A stretch of 64,000 nucleotides of DNA from Raja brachyura (GCA_963514005.1 OY740795.1:310001-374000); one strand, 5' to 3'; shown: positions 25,346 to 39,285, numbered from the stretch's first letter. Program-made: numbers and translations. Notes: generated by a model not told the origin, from the letters alone.

Positions 25346-25802
25346 GGGCTCAGAGCACAGTGATACACCGCGGCGTCGGAGTAAACTACTCCGGAGATTG
25401 TCAAAGGAATGGTTTTCCTATCCAGATCCAAATCGGCAGAGAACCTGGGCGGGAAATCTGGAGACAGATCTTGGCCGTCCCTGTTGAATCTTTTTAATAA
25501 ATATCGAAGAGTTTCCCCCGGTCGTTGGAAGTACCAGAAGAGCGTGAAACCTGATGTGTATGTTGAGGAGTAATTGCAGCTGAGCGTTATTGTTTGCCCT
25601 TCCTGCGCCGTCAATTCAGATGGATGCTGTGACACGGAATCTTCGGCAGCAGTCCCTGTAATGAAACGCAGATTATTGGAAATGAAGTGAAATGAGCATA
25701 GCGAACTTCTATTTCATTTTACGTTGACAATTCAAACAGAGACTCACCAGGGAGCGCAATCATTATCAGCAGAAAGGAACAAGAGGAACAAGAGGAACAC
25801 AT
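25346..25802 (-). CDS. Intact TCR alpha/delta-type V segment (V4)
   Basis: Leader 25802-25748 (MCSSCSSCSFLLIMIALP|G, GTGAGT donor). V exon 25655-25346 is in frame: TAAEDSVSQHPSELTAQEGQTITLSC..WYFQ..SDAAVYHCALSP. Confidence 0.92.
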
Positions 25803-27814
25803 GATATCTGCTTTACAGTTTGAATACAAATCGTAGGTTACTTCTTGGAAATGTTACCCTTGCTTTCTTGTGTTGCGGAAAAACTCAAAACCGAGGAATG
25901 ATGGTGTTCGGGCAGGGATTGGCTGGGTACAAACCACCGTCAACGGGGACCAATGAGAATGAATATTGCGAAATGATTGGATGGCTGAATCAACGTCAGT
26001 TCATTCCATGTCTCACTGAGTATATTTGAGAGGCCTCCAAGGATTGCGTAAGCACATGCTATTTCGTTTACAGGTGCGTGTGGTAATCGTAGCGAAAAAT
26101 ACTTTAACACGAGAAGCGTAAACGTTCTTATCGAACATGGCATTTTGTTTGTACGTGAAGGTTGTTTCAAGGAAGAATGTTACATAGATGTGTTTTATAA
26201 GCGGCGCGGCAGGAACGAGTACATTAGTCAGGAAGGCAAAAAAACATGAAACAGTTTAAACTGTGGAATCGGGCAGGGTGTTCCTCTGTTAGGAAACGCT
26301 TAAAAAGGTTGGTCTTTCCTAAATGTAATGCAAGATGGCAATAGTGTGGTATGATGTGACTCAGTAATTCCATGCACAGAAAACGGCAAGAAAATTGTTC
26401 CAAATTGTTCTAAATTGAGGTCAGAGTTTTCAGAGCGAGGTGGGAGTTGAATTTTACGTGTACACCGGGGTGCGGGGGGGGGGGGGGGGTGGGACGGCGT
26501 AGAATTAAGGCGTGCCTTAATGATCGTCGTACCGAGCTCGAGCGACGTACCAGCACTTCCGTGCCTTATCCAAGAGCTCTTCCGTTCGTTGAGGGGTTCC
26601 TGGACAAAAGCGCCATCTATTGCTTTCTCACTGTAACTCCCAGCGTGGAGTTTTCGTCTTTCCAAGTCAAGTTGAGTTTATTGTTAAACGCAAAATTACC
26701 CCAAGGTAGAGTTGCAATGAAATTCTTGCTTGCAAGCAGCGGCACAGCCACGTAGACGCTGACAGCACCTCAAGCTTAAATTATGCATACATTTTACGCA
26801 AATGATATACAAGACCGTGAAATTGAAATGATCGTGAATAACAAGACAGCAGTGCAAAACATAATTCGAAAAATAGTTATGGGACAGGCGGTCGGCGTGT
26901 TTCATGCCGAGGTACGATTAGGTTTGAGGGCGTCGGTGGAATGATCTGATCGTTGCAGTAAGGAATCTGTCTCTCTGCGCGGTGGGGTTGGAACTTCTAA
27001 CGCCCGTATATCCAACCCATCGGTGACGAATGGGTCCCATATTGCACTGAAATCTTACGAGGTCAATAGCACTGAAATATTCAGTGGATTCGGCGTTAGC
27101 GCTTGGAGGTGTCCAATTTTCGGTAACCCCCCCACCACCTTTCTCCCTCTCTTCCCTGTGTCCCAGCCTGGTACGTATCAATTGCGCGCAATATTCCGCC
27201 CTCTTCCACCGTCCCCTCATTACCTTCTACCTATATCCCCTCCTCTGGTTTCACATTTAACTCATCTTATCTTCTTATCTTACACCCTACCGTCTCCTTT
27301 TTATCTCGAGTTTGTGTCCAGTCGTCTGCCAATCAAATTCCTTTTGTACATATGTTCCGATCTGAAATGTGCCCTCACCATTTGATGGTGCCTGAGGTGC
27401 TGAATAACTCCAGCACTTCCTGTTTTTTCTCGAGATTCCAGCAACTGCAGTTCCTTACTTACATAATTGACAATCTGAGGCAGGCATCTATTACATGACC
27501 TCTTAAATCCCTTCAGAAATCAATAAATTATGCCTGCCTGGACCAATTATCGTCCACCAACAATGCTGGAAGGGGCATTTCGATTCCATGAAAAGAAAAA
27601 TAAGGGAATGTACCCAGAAATAACAATTTCGTATGCCATTTAATAAAATAATTGGTTTCTCATATAGAGTTAAAATTCTACCAGCAAGGACAAACTTTAA
27701 TTTGAGTCGGGTTGTATGCAGTGCCAATGCATGCTAATACGTTCGTTCATCCCAATAACTGTTGGAATATAATAGAAACATAAATTATGTCTGCGACTGG
27801 AAAAAATTACCGAT

Positions 27815-28603
27815 TAAATTAAAAAGGGAATTTAGACCTCACAGAACTTAGGCTGCGTCCCCACATAGAACCACGTGTTAGTGCAGGAGCTTAGAATCTC
27901 CAGCATCTATCCGCTTCTTTGGAGGATAAACCTTGGGTCGTTGGCATTGGTGCCGTTCGGATAAATATTGTGGGTAATTGCACGAAAATAAAATTTGCAA
28001 CGAACGTCAACCACCGCAGGATGACACTTCCTGTGATCGTCATGAGTAAAATAACGGATTTTCTCCAGTTTTCTATCTCGAGGTCGTTCTGTTTAGGATC
28101 AGCAGCAGCACGAGGGGAACGCATGGGTTCAGCATCCAGTGTAACCATTCATACACTCTCCGTGTCATTAATGCGTCATTGGCTTCTTTAAAGCCGCAGA
28201 ACCAGGGCATGTTATCAATGGGCTACTTGGGCTCGTATTCAAAGTGACAGGGAGTATTTTTCAAACAGCAGACTTTTCCTATAACGATGGGTGACGTCTT
28301 CCATGCGTAATATCTCCTATTCAGCTTCTGGCAGCAAATGGCAATGAACCGATTTAAGGTGAATTCAACTGTTAACCATGCATAAGTATCTTTGGAAAGC
28401 CAGCTTAAGGTTATAAACGAGACTGCAGGATGGAATGGTAGACAAAACACTATGGGAAATAAATCGTCCGAAGCCGCCTTAATATCACAGCGGTGTTAAT
28501 GACCAAAACAAAATCGCCACCGACACTAAGACCAGATAAAACGTGACACATTTCTCAAGGCTGCGCTTTCCTTTAGAGAGAATCGCAATTGTCACCAGGT
28601 TAG
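27815..28603 (-). pseudogene. GPR139/GPR142-like GPCR pseudogene (main exon)
   Basis: After the acceptor it reads ANLVTIAILSKGKRSLEKCVT.., SKDTYAWLTVEFTLNRFIAICCQKL, DLEIENWRKSVILL..ITGS. It carries frameshifts and deletions relative to the intact copies. Confidence 0.85.
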
Positions 28604-30515
28604 CTGCAGGGTAGAAGAAAATTGATTGTTAGTACACTGCCCACAGCCGACAATGCCAACGCATTGAGAGCCTAGAATGAAATGTATACATTTAAATACT
28701 GAGGGAAACTGAGGTTGTGGACTCCTCGAATATGGGGAACATTTTTCACGTATCTCGGATGTCCATTCTCGGAGGAAATGTGTATGTTTCTATAAGAACT
28801 TTTCTCATCCTAAATTCCAGTGAATACAAACCCAATCGACCCATTCTTTCCTCATATGTTAGCCCCTGCAGCTTCGGTCTGTCTCTCCGTCGCTTGGTGC
28901 TAATCCGGTTATCGCGCATATTTCATTAAGGTTTGAGACGTTCATCATGTACACACATGGCTCGCGGAATAAAACTAGGACACACTATATTTTCACCGCC
29001 AATGAATCAGTGACTGTTAAAGAAGAACCCGGAAACTAACAACCAGGAAGACAAATAAGAACATCAGGAAGTCAGTCATGTTGTACGTGCTAATATACAG
29101 TTCGGAAGTTGCTAAGCTAAAACAGAATATAAAGTGTTGGGAGTACTTGACAGTGCAGTTAATATTGCTGGAGAGAGAAACAATGTGTTGCGGATCAGAG
29201 GCCTCAAGAAAGGACGGAACGTTAATTACAAAATCTATTATAGTGTACCTTCTGGTAGCTAATAAGGTCTAGGCAACAGCAAAGGTTGCAATTCTTTTCC
29301 GCTCAGCTTAATTGAGGATTTCTCTGGATTGATACGGAAGTGAGCTCACCCAGCATGAAATGACACCAGATTAACCCACAGATTAAACCAGATAAAACCA
29401 GATAATTGTCCATTTAATTCAATTAGGAATTATTGGTTTATGGAGGTACATCTTCAGAGTCGCCTTCCTTTGCGCTGACGTTCTCCTCTCCCACATTACT
29501 GTTCGCAAATACGTTCTGCATTGTGTGAGTTCGTTGCCCTTTCCACGCATGCGTTTGGCCACCCCAAATGCAATAGGTTGCTTGGGGGAATGTACCCTGT
29601 CGCATTTGCGTAGTACGCGGTGAAGAACCATGGTGATAATAATACAGTTGCTATTACTGCCGATGCACTGTGAGTATTGCTTTCTATATTACAATACTCG
29701 CGCCTGATAGCAAACACTCCGACGCAGCGACAAAGGAATGGCAATCCATTTCAAAATCGCGATGGCGTGTGGCTTGGAGGGCAACGTCCATCTGGTAGTA
29801 TTCGAAATGCTTTTGTAGCATTGTCCTTTCAGCTCTGACAGGTGGTGGATTTTCACGATGCTGTTTGAGGAGTCACACAGAATTGCCGGGGATAGAGAGC
29901 AGTCCGCCTTTGCCTAAGCTCGCAGTTGCCATGCATTTTAACCTGCCTCCCCATCACTTAATGACCTTTCTGTCCTGAGTCCCCTCTACTGTTAGAATGT
30001 GGCCTCTAACTAATTCGAGTAACAGCATCACCTTTATCAGCTTGGGCAGTTTACCACCCTGTGGTATGAATATTGGTATATCTAATTCCAAGTAACCGTT
30101 GCATCCCCTCTCGCTCCATCCCTCCCCCATTCTAGACGTCTTGCTAATTTACTATTTGTATCACCTTTATTATGACCTCTACCACAGCTAACAATGGATC
30201 ATTGTGGGCTCTGCCATTCGAATACATCCATCGGACCATTGAACACTTGTGATTTTTTTTGTGACGAATTCAGCAGCATATATAGAAATGCAACATTTAC
30301 TCGACTTACAAGAAACACGTTCATCTATTCACGAGGGAAAATATCGGTGAAGTCATGAAGTGGAATTCGTTCTAATTGTTTAATTCACTTTGCGGTTCTT
30401 CGGGACATGCGTTCTATGACTGTTTGTCGACCGTTATAGATTAACATTTGTTTTTGTGAAGTTAGGTTCATTCGTTAGCTTTCTACCTCTGTTCATAATA
30501 CTGTTTCCTCAGCAG

Positions 30516-30804
30516 GTGCCCTTGCGGACGAGGTGCTTCAGTCTCCCGCCTCGCTTACGGTCAATCCAGGAGATGCAGCGCAGTTCAATTGTGTTTTCAA
30601 TGCATCGGTGATATCCGCATTCTACTGGTTTAAAGAGAGTCGTGACGGGCGGCTGGAGCACGTCCTGACCATGACATTCAGCGATAAAAATGTACTAGGG
30701 CGACACGAGATCATGCTGAGGTCTGCTGAAAATCGAGGCTATTTGGCGCTAAGGAGGACGGATGTGCGGGACACAGCGCTGCACTACTGTGCGATCCAGG
30801 TGTT
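30516..30804 (+). CDS. TCR V exon with open frame and perfect RSS but no intact leader found (V5)
   Basis: After a phase-1 acceptor: ALADEVLQSPASLTVNPGDAAQFNC..WFKE..DVRDTALHYCAIQV. The candidate leader from ATG 30355 (MKWNSF*) has TAA at 30373-30375 and no strong donor. Confidence 0.8.
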
Positions 30805-30843
30805 CACAGTGATGGCAATGAATGAGGTCGATGTACAAAAACC
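30805..30843 (+). other. Consensus 23-RSS of V5
   Basis: CACAGTG - 23 - ACAAAAACC. Confidence 0.95.
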
Positions 30844-32869
30844 TCGTCTCTGGAACATTTTATCCTGCACACCATCTTCCGTTACCCTACTGTAATCAGT
30901 CTAAAGGCGAGTCCCTTCGCCACTCCTTTCCCTCTAGAGCTGCGGCCTGGCGGCAGATTGAGAAGAAGCAGAATTACCTAAGTAGTATGATCAAACTTGA
31001 GTGTAACTCTGCAGGAAACCCACGTGTTGCGGCTTGAAAACCTTCTTCAGGCTGTACAAAGTATTAAATATGCTTTCCCCTTGCTCGTCTATAAAGCCCA
31101 TTAAATCTCACCCCTGTCCTTTCAAACGGCAACTTACTCCTGGTATAAAATGCTTCTTCATGCTGAGCCCCTCTCAGCCTGAAGAAGGGTCTCGACCCCA
31201 AACGTCACCTATTTTTTTTTTCTCCTGACTGACCCGCTGCGATTTTGACAGCATGTTGTGTCTATTCTCGAAATATAAAATGAGTTGCGCAACTTCTTCA
31301 AAAAAACATACATGAAAACTGCGCAGGGCTGCATTTTAAACCAGGAGTAAGTTGCCCTTTGAAAGGAGAGGGGTGAGATTTAATGGGCTTTGTAGACGAG
31401 CAAGGGGAAAGCATATTCAATAACCTGTCGCAGTAAAATATACGAGGGAGCAGAGAAGCGGATAGACGAATAAATCCTAGGTTAATTTGTTCTTCACCAA
31501 TAGCACTAAATCACCTCCAGTCCGTCTCCTCTCTGCGTCTCTCCCGAATCACTGTGTCTTTCTTAACCTCCGTCTGTCCGTTTCTCTCTCACACGTTTCT
31601 GCACACTCTCTTATTTCTTGACTTTGCCAAATCTTTCTTGTTTTTACGTTTCACTCTTCTTGCCTTTCCCAAATCATTGCGAATTGTAGGCATCCACAGC
31701 AGAAGGATACTTCCCGATTCTAAGAGACTTCCTGACAATTGAGTTAAATCAACGTGACCTTGATTTTCAATGGTATTGGCGGTCTTATAACCCAATCAAG
31801 TTGGCAGTCCAGTGCATCTGGAAATAATTAGTTGTAGATCCATTACAATGCTTTTATTTGGATTGTTGCACGTGGAACGCGGGAGACTGTGGGGAAACTA
31901 GATGGCTATATATAACCATCTGAAGAAGTCTTTCGGCCCGAAACGATGCCTATCTCCTTCACTCCTTCGATGATGCTGCACCCGCTGAGTTTCTCCAGCC
32001 TTTTGTGTACCCTGGCTAAATATAACATTGTGAGAGACATCGATAAGGAACACAGTCAGAACACTTTTGCTCGGGCGAATGATTAGGGGGCACGTGTTTA
32101 ACGTGAGAGGGGGAAAGTATAAATGAGATGTGAGGGTGAAATTTCCACGCCAAGGGTGATGGGCGTCGGGAACGCGCTGCCCGGGATAGTGGTGGATTCT
32201 GTTACAGTAATGGCGTTTTAAGAGGCTTTTCAATAAGCACTCGGATATGTCGGGAAGTGAGGGAGATAGATCAGATGCAGGTGCATGATATCAGTTTATC
32301 TTGGAATCAAGTTCGGCACGGATATTTGTGGGCCGATGGGCCAGGTCCCGTTCTATATTTAACGTGAATTCAGATAGTCGCATTACATTTATTGCACGCT
32401 TGGATAAGTTGTGGCTGAAACCCGCTAATTACGGTGTCATGTCCTCTGGATAAAGAATCGCCATTTAAAATTAATGGACCTGAATTTTTGCAGTTACATC
32501 TTCCAGAGACTTGTGGGCCGTTTGCCGCGGAATTCTCAAGATTGAATGCAGTGGTCGCCAGGCGAATCAATGGATTGGATAGGGAGCGAACCTGGATAGC
32601 GGCGAAGGAAACACGGCGCTGCTACCAGGTGATGAAGGGAGAACCTGCAGGCACCGGCTATCAGTTGTAGGCTCCAGCGTTTTAATTTACTCTGAATGGA
32701 ATTTTCCCGTCTCACGTTAAAGGCAGTTTGAACCGCATACGGCCATCCAGATATTTTTTGTGGGCTATTTCCGCTGACGTCATTGTGGATTGAGCTCGGT
32801 GTCTGCTCACTCAGAGAAAACGTTTCAGAGCCAGTGTCTGTGGCCAGTTGTAAACTGCCGGCAGCGCGC

Positions 32870-33183
32870 AACATTTGTGCCCCTGCAACCCACGGCAGTT
32901 ATTCCGTGCGTTCACGTCAATGTCAGACTCTGCACCGTAATACATCTCCGTGTCAGACGACAGTTGTGTAATAGTCAATCGATACTCCAACACCGATTGT
33001 TGGAGCACATCAGAAAATCTGCTTTTAGCGAAATTCGCCGTATATGGCCGCCACTCTGGTATCTCCAGTTTGTGCCATCTGCCTCTGTACGGGCGATACC
33101 AAAATATATAATAAGCAGCCGCTGGCAAAGTGACGTGCTGTGATGGTCTCCCACTGTATCGATGTATCGGCAGTGCTCAGATC
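32870..33183 (-). pseudogene. Degraded TCR V pseudogene with degenerate 23-RSS (V6)
   Basis: After the acceptor: DLSTADT.., YYIFWYR..TANFAKSRFS..LQQS..EYRLTITQL..DTEMYYGA. FR1 is partly deleted and Cys104 is replaced by Gly. RSS CACGGAA-23-ACAAATGTT at 32908-32870. Confidence 0.7.
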
Positions 33184-35476
33184 TGGAGTAAGGGTAAACA
33201 AAAGACAAGAAATTAATCTCAAAGGTTCGGACTAAATATAATTGGGTAGATTAAACGCATTGACGTTGACAGAACAGAGAACAGAATTCGAAACAACAGA
33301 AAGGACCGCGACACACGGAACTGCAAATGCTGGAATCTTGAGCAAATATCAAAGTGCTGGATGCACAGAGTGTGTCATGAAGTATATGTGGAGGGAAATG
33401 AGATACAACGTTTCAGGTCGGGACCCTTTTTCAGACTGCTTCCAAAAGGACGATGTATGCGCGTTTCCCCACACCCTCCCATGCCCCACTCGATCAGCTT
33501 GACTGCCGTTCCTTTCTTGAACCCATCTAGCGCATTCTTGGTATGAGTGATCCACTGATTAGCTATGTGTGATCCACTTCACTTACTCCATCTAAGAATT
33601 CACATATTCTTCGCACACCGATGAAATTGTTTTTGCGGAACTTCACACCGGTTCCTCAACGGCAATCAGCCGTAGTACTGCCCAACTGATGCAAATATCC
33701 ACGCAGTCGGAAGGGCTCTGTTCGTGCTCCTCTCTCGAAAATCGTCCGTCTCGCTTTGTGGGATTACATCGTATCCCAGTAAATATTTCACAATGATTAT
33801 AATTGCCCCGCGCTTCGCACGCTCGCTCAGTTCCGGTTCTAGCGTGTTCGCAGTGCGCCAGAATCAGCCAGAGTAAAATGCGAACTAGTTTAAGATATCA
33901 GCCTTCCTACTCACGATCATTGTCAGCCACGGCGCAACGTGCAAGGAGTGGCATGCTTACCCTCTCTAATAGCCGGATCTTTGGGTTTCCAGCGATGAAG
34001 CGGCAACCGTCAGAGGGATTGGGTAGTCCCGATGAGCTGGATCGTGCCTACACTACATCTCGTGGAAGACCAATCGGAAGGCGGGAGTAATTCTGACTGG
34101 AGCTTGTGTGACCTACCGAGCTGCCCCAGTTGTACGTGCATGCTGATTTCAGAATATTCAGAAATTGACATCGGTGGTGAATGGCAATCTTAAGAAAACT
34201 ACATATGAAGCATATCTTTCAGACAGTAGGATCTCGAGCAAAGGAAAATGAACCACTATCGCTAGTTGACCCCCTTTAAGAATTATTGATCTCTTGCTCC
34301 CTTCTCATAAAGTGTCTGGTGACTGCGAAGCTGACGGTTTTTCTCATCGCCATTGCCGGCTGAATTGCTGTTATTTTTCCACAATTAGTTCATTTTTGTT
34401 TCGGAGCTCCAGCATTTTGGTGTCGTTTGATTTTAATTTAATGTGACAAGAGAGCTGAACACATGAGACTCCCACACCCGTCACGCATCCCCACCGTAAG
34501 TAACACTTTTCAGCATATGTGGTCTCGAGCAGGCCATTTATCGCTATAAGCAATTTGGCCTGTGGTAGTCGCAGTTCTTGACGCCTTTATACAGGTATGT
34601 TATCACGGCAGGGGATAGAGCCAGGTATTATACTGTGCCGTCCGGTACCACGCATTTCTCACAGTCGTAAAATTCGTACTCCCAATCGCTATAGGAGAGA
34701 CATTCGCAGAATCATACAGGAAGGAAACAACCCCTTGTGCCTAGTCAGTCGTGAAAACAGTCCAATACATGGTTCCAATTTCATCCCTTAATTGAAGGCT
34801 GTGTTATACGCCGTCTGATTTGTAACCAGACCCTCAGTATTGAATCTACACCTTCACTATAAGCGACCATGTGTTGTCTAGTGACGTCTGCTGGTTTCTC
34901 CTACTTCCATTGGAAAACGAAAGCATGAATACAATTACGTGATCGCGGTTTTTGTGTCCGGATGTGTATTTCAGGTGCACCGATTCGTAGACACCACAGA
35001 CATAGAGCCTTATCTTGAGAACCTTGAGACACAACAATAACATTGTCGAAGCAACGACACGCGACAAGAGATGTAAAAGCAGGTGCAAGAGTCATTACAA
35101 GAAACGTTTGCTTTTCTTTAGAAGCCTTCTTGAATGTTTACCACGTGTATATTTTTGTAGGTCAATAACTTTCAGATCAGATGACGCAATTTCCTTCTGT
35201 CATAACAGTCCTTGGGAAATCTGTGTAAATAAATGTATTATGACACGACCGGATTTAACCTCATTCACGACGTAGGAGAGCATTTCAGGATCTGAAAGGG
35301 GTAAGAAGTTACTCAAAGGCTGGGAATGTCAAATGCAGGGCGAGTTACATATTTTCCCGTCCAATTAGCCAGTGAGATACTTGGTAGCGTAGAGCCAACG
35401 AAATATAACTGCGCATCGGAACCGCCCACTCAACTTCCTCCTGTTCACAGCTGCAACCGCCTGTGAAATTGGGTGG

Positions 35477-35515
35477 TGTTTTTGTACAGGCTCAGCACCG
35501 CAACGAGACGCCGTG
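35477..35515 (-). other. 23-RSS of V7
   Basis: Minus strand reads CACGGCG - 23 - ACAAAAACA. Confidence 0.88.
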
Positions 35516-36352
35516 GGGCTCAGGGCACAATAATACACTGCCGAGTCTTCCAGTTGTGCTTCAGACACAGTGAATAGGACGATCCGTCCCGAATCATCAA
35601 GAGAGGTTGAAAAGTGTTGACCCGGTGAATTTTCCTGGCTTGAACTGTACTTGCTTATCCAGAGCATAAATTCCATGGGTCCACCGACATATTGACGGTA
35701 CCAGTACAGATACGGAACTTGTGTGCTCGTAGCTGTGTAGTTACAGCGCAACTCAACGTCGCCACCTTCGCTTACTGCGGTTGCAACCGTTGTCTGTGAA
35801 ACGGAATCCCCCCGACAATACCCTGCAAGAGGCCGGAACGACATTAAATCAGACAATATCGCTGTGCCACCCGTTTTGCCACACTGAACAATATCCTCGT
35901 TCTCAAATGCCTACGTTCAAAATATATCTGAGCATTATAACAGCTGAGTATGAGCCCACATCAATGAACAACAAGGTCCCATATCAGCTGAATTCCAGTT
36001 TGGAACCAGCCACCAGACAATACCTCCTGATCCTCTCGTAATGTGAATGAAAGAGTCCATGGGGACTTCTCATCCGACNNNNNNNNNNNNNNNNNNNNNN
36101 NNNNNNNNNNNNNNNNNNNNNNNNNNNNNNNNNNNNNNNNNNNNNNNNNNNNNNNNNNNNNNNNNNNNNNNNNNNNNNNNNNNNNNNNNNNNNNNNNNNN
36201 NNNNNNNNNNNNNNNNNNNNNNNNNNNNNNNNNNNNNNNNNNNNTAATAAAATATCAACTGCGGATGCGAAGTGCAGACGCGTGCAACCCGTGAACTTAC
36301 CGATTAAGAAAGCGGCTGATAGGAAAACCGAACACAAATGAAATGTCAACAT
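35516..36352 (-). CDS. Intact TCR alpha/delta-type V segment (V7); the intron spans an assembly gap
   Basis: Leader 36352-36301 (MLTFHLCSVFLSAAFLI|G, GTAAGT donor). V exon 35822-35516: YCRGDSVSQTT..EGGDVELRC..WYRQ..EDSAVYYCALSP. Confidence 0.88.
36079..36244. other. Assembly gap (others at 43638-43805, 44266-44452 and 57989-58235)
   Basis: Runs of N. Confidence 1.
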
Positions 36353-36723
36353 GCTTGCCGAGAGTTGTTGGCGGATTTGAACCGCCAGAGATGCCTATCG
36401 TATTTCTTTTATCACGGATGTGCGGGGAAAGAGGAACCTTCGGACCCTGATTGGGTAAATCCGGACATAGGCAGTAAGTGACACCCAGGCGTCTCTGCGG
36501 AAATTGTTCTCGATTACACCAATCAGCTAGCAGCTGTGCGTGTTTCACATGTTGACTCGAGGAATGTTTCCGAACTGCGAAAGAGAACGGGGAAAGATTC
36601 AGTAGCGGGGCAATTCGCGCCCGTTTCACGAACATTTTTTTTGGAACCGAGAGGGAGAAGCCTGAAGAGACCGCGTGGCACACGATACAAAGACTGCCGG
36701 CAGTTGTGTTTAAACACGGTTTC

Positions 36724-39068
36724 ATATAACCATATAACCATATAAGAATTACAGCACGGAAACGGGCCTTCTCGGCCCTTCCACTCCGTGCCGACCATTT
36801 ATTTTCCCCCAGTCCCATCTACCTGCACTCAGATCATACCCCTCCATTCCCTTCCCGTCCATATACCTATCCACTTTACTTTTAAATGTTAAAATTGATC
36901 CCGCCTCCACCACTTCTGCAGGAAGATCATTCCACACAGCCACCACTCTCTGAGTAAAGACGATCCCCCTCATGTTACCCCAAAACTTATGTTCCTTTAT
37001 TCTCATGTCATGTCTTCTTGTTTGAATCTTCCCTACCTTCAATGGGAAAAGCATATCCACGTCAACTCTGTCTATCCCTTTCATCATTTTAAAGACCTCA
37101 ATTAAGTCCCCCTTAACCTTCTGCGCTCCAAAGAATAAAGACCTAACTTGTTCATCCTTTCTCTGTAACTTAGTTGGTGGAACCCAGGCTACATTCTAGT
37201 AAATCTCCTCTGTACTCTCTCTATTTTGTTGACATCCTTCCTATAATTAGGCGACCAAAAATGTACACCATACTCCAGAATTGGTCTTACGAATGCCTTG
37301 TACAATTTTAACATTACTTCCCTACTACTATATTCGATGCTATGATTTATAAAGGCCAACACACCAAAAGCTTTATTTACCACCCTATCCACATGCGATT
37401 CCACCTTCAGGGAACTATGCACAGTTATTCCTAGATTCCTCTGTTCCACAGCATTCCTCAATTCACTACCGTTTACCATGTACGTCCTATTTTGATTTGT
37501 CCTGCCAAGATGTAGCACCTCACACTTATCAGCATTAAACTGCATCTGCCATCTTTCAGCCCACTCTTTCAAATGGCCCAAATCTCTCTGTAGACTTGGA
37601 AAATCTACTTCATTATCCACAGCACCCCCTATCTTAGTATCATCTGCATACTTACTTATCCAAGTTTCCACCCCATCATCTAGATCATTGATGTACATGA
37701 CAAACAACAGTGGACCCAACACAGATCCCTGAGACACCCCACTGGTCACCGGCTTCCAACCTGACAAACAGCCATCCACCATTACTCTCTGGCATCTCCC
37801 ATTCAGCCACTGTTGAATCCATCTTGCTACTCCGCCATTATCACCCAAAGGTTGAACCTTCTTAATCAACCTTCCATGGGGAACCTTGTCAACGGCCTTA
37901 CTGAAACCCATATAGACAACATCCACTGCTTTACCCTCATCAATGTCCCTAGTAACCTCGTCAAAAAAATTGAAGAATGTTTGTCAAACATGAACTTCTA
38001 GGCACAAATCCATGTTGACTGTTCTTCATCAGACCCTGTTTGGCCAGATGCTCATATATATTATCTCTAAATATCCTTTCCATTAATTTGCCCACCACTG
38101 ACGTCAAACTAACAGGTCTATAATTGCTAGGTTTATTCTTTGAACCCTTCTTAAACAATGGAACAACATGCGCAGTACGCCAATCCTCCGGCACTATTCC
38201 CGTTTCCAATGACATCTGAAATATTTCTATCATAGCCCCTGCTATTTCTACACTAACTTCCCTCAATGTCTTAGGGAATATCCTGTCTGGACATGGAGAC
38301 CTATCCACTTTTATATTTTTCAAAAGTGTCAGTACTTCCTCCTCTTTGAATCTCATAGTTTCCAATAGGTAGTCTACTTTTTCCCCTCACCTCACAGAGT
38401 TCAATATCCTTCTCCTTGATGAATACCGAAGAATAAAAAAAGTTCAATATCTCCCCCATCTCTTTAGGCTCTGCAGAGAGCTGTCCATTCTGGCTCTCTA
38501 ATGGTCCAATTTTATCCCTCGTTATCCTTTTGCTATTAATATAGCTGTAGAAACCCTTTTGATTTACTTTCACCTTTCTTGCCAAATCAACCTCATATCT
38601 TCTCTCAGCTTTTCTTATTTCTTTCTTAAGATTATTTTTACATTCCTTATACTCATCTAGCACCTCATTTACTCCATGCCTCCTATAATTATTGTAGATA
38701 TCTCTCTTTTTTCGAACCTTGTAAACCATGGCTCTTTCCAATTTTTACTATTTCCTTTCAACCGAACAGGGACATAAAGATTCTGAACTCTTACAATTTC
38801 CCCTTTAAATGCCCACTATTTTTCTTCTACATCCTTCTCATGAAACAAAATGTCCCAATTCACTCATTTTAAATCATTACGCATTCCCTCAAAGTTAGCC
38901 TTTCTCCAATCAAAAATCTCAACCCTAGGTCCAGTTCTGACTCTCTCCATAATTATATTCAAACTGATGGTATTGTGATCATTGGTCCCGAAGTGCTCAC
39001 CAACGCATACCTCCGTCAACTGACCTGCCTCATTTCCTAACAGGAGGTCCAGCACTGCCCCTTCTCTG
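36724..39068 (-). mobile_element. CR1-type LINE, same subfamily as 19750-21050, in opposite orientation
   Basis: RT ORF fragments (PLFKKG..NYRPVSLTS, QHGF, SKYADDTK) and an (ATAACCAT)n tail at ~36724-36745. Confidence 0.93.
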
Positions 39069-39266
39069 GTCTGGTTTCCGAGGGAGTTTAAAGCGCACAT
39101 GCTCTTTGCAACATAGGTTTTGTTCAAGTACTCTCAGTGTCCCAAATTTAGTTATTCGGGTGCTTATTTGCTGTGTGGATCTGGACTATTACCCAGTCTT
39201 AAACAATAATTGTCGATAAAGAGGCATTGAATTGAATGTAACTGCCCAGAGCAGAACATCCGTAAG

Positions 39267-39285
39267 TGGCCACTAGAGGGCAGCA
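39267..39285 (+). promoter_or_regulatory. Strong CTCF-like motif
   Basis: TGGCCACTAGAGGGCAGCA matches CCACYAGRKGGCRS. Confidence 0.7.

Noticed and set aside
26528-26541. GTACCGAGCTCGA resembling a vector polylinker
   Set aside because: Too short, and the flanks are not vector-like.
33689-33696. Octamer ATGCAAAT as an Ig-type promoter for V6
   Set aside because: No convincing leader could be defined, and one or two such 8-mers are expected by chance in 64 kb.
35516-36352. V7 as the displaced supporting V of the NAR-type cassette
   Set aside because: It has its own intact leader and no CDR1 Cys.
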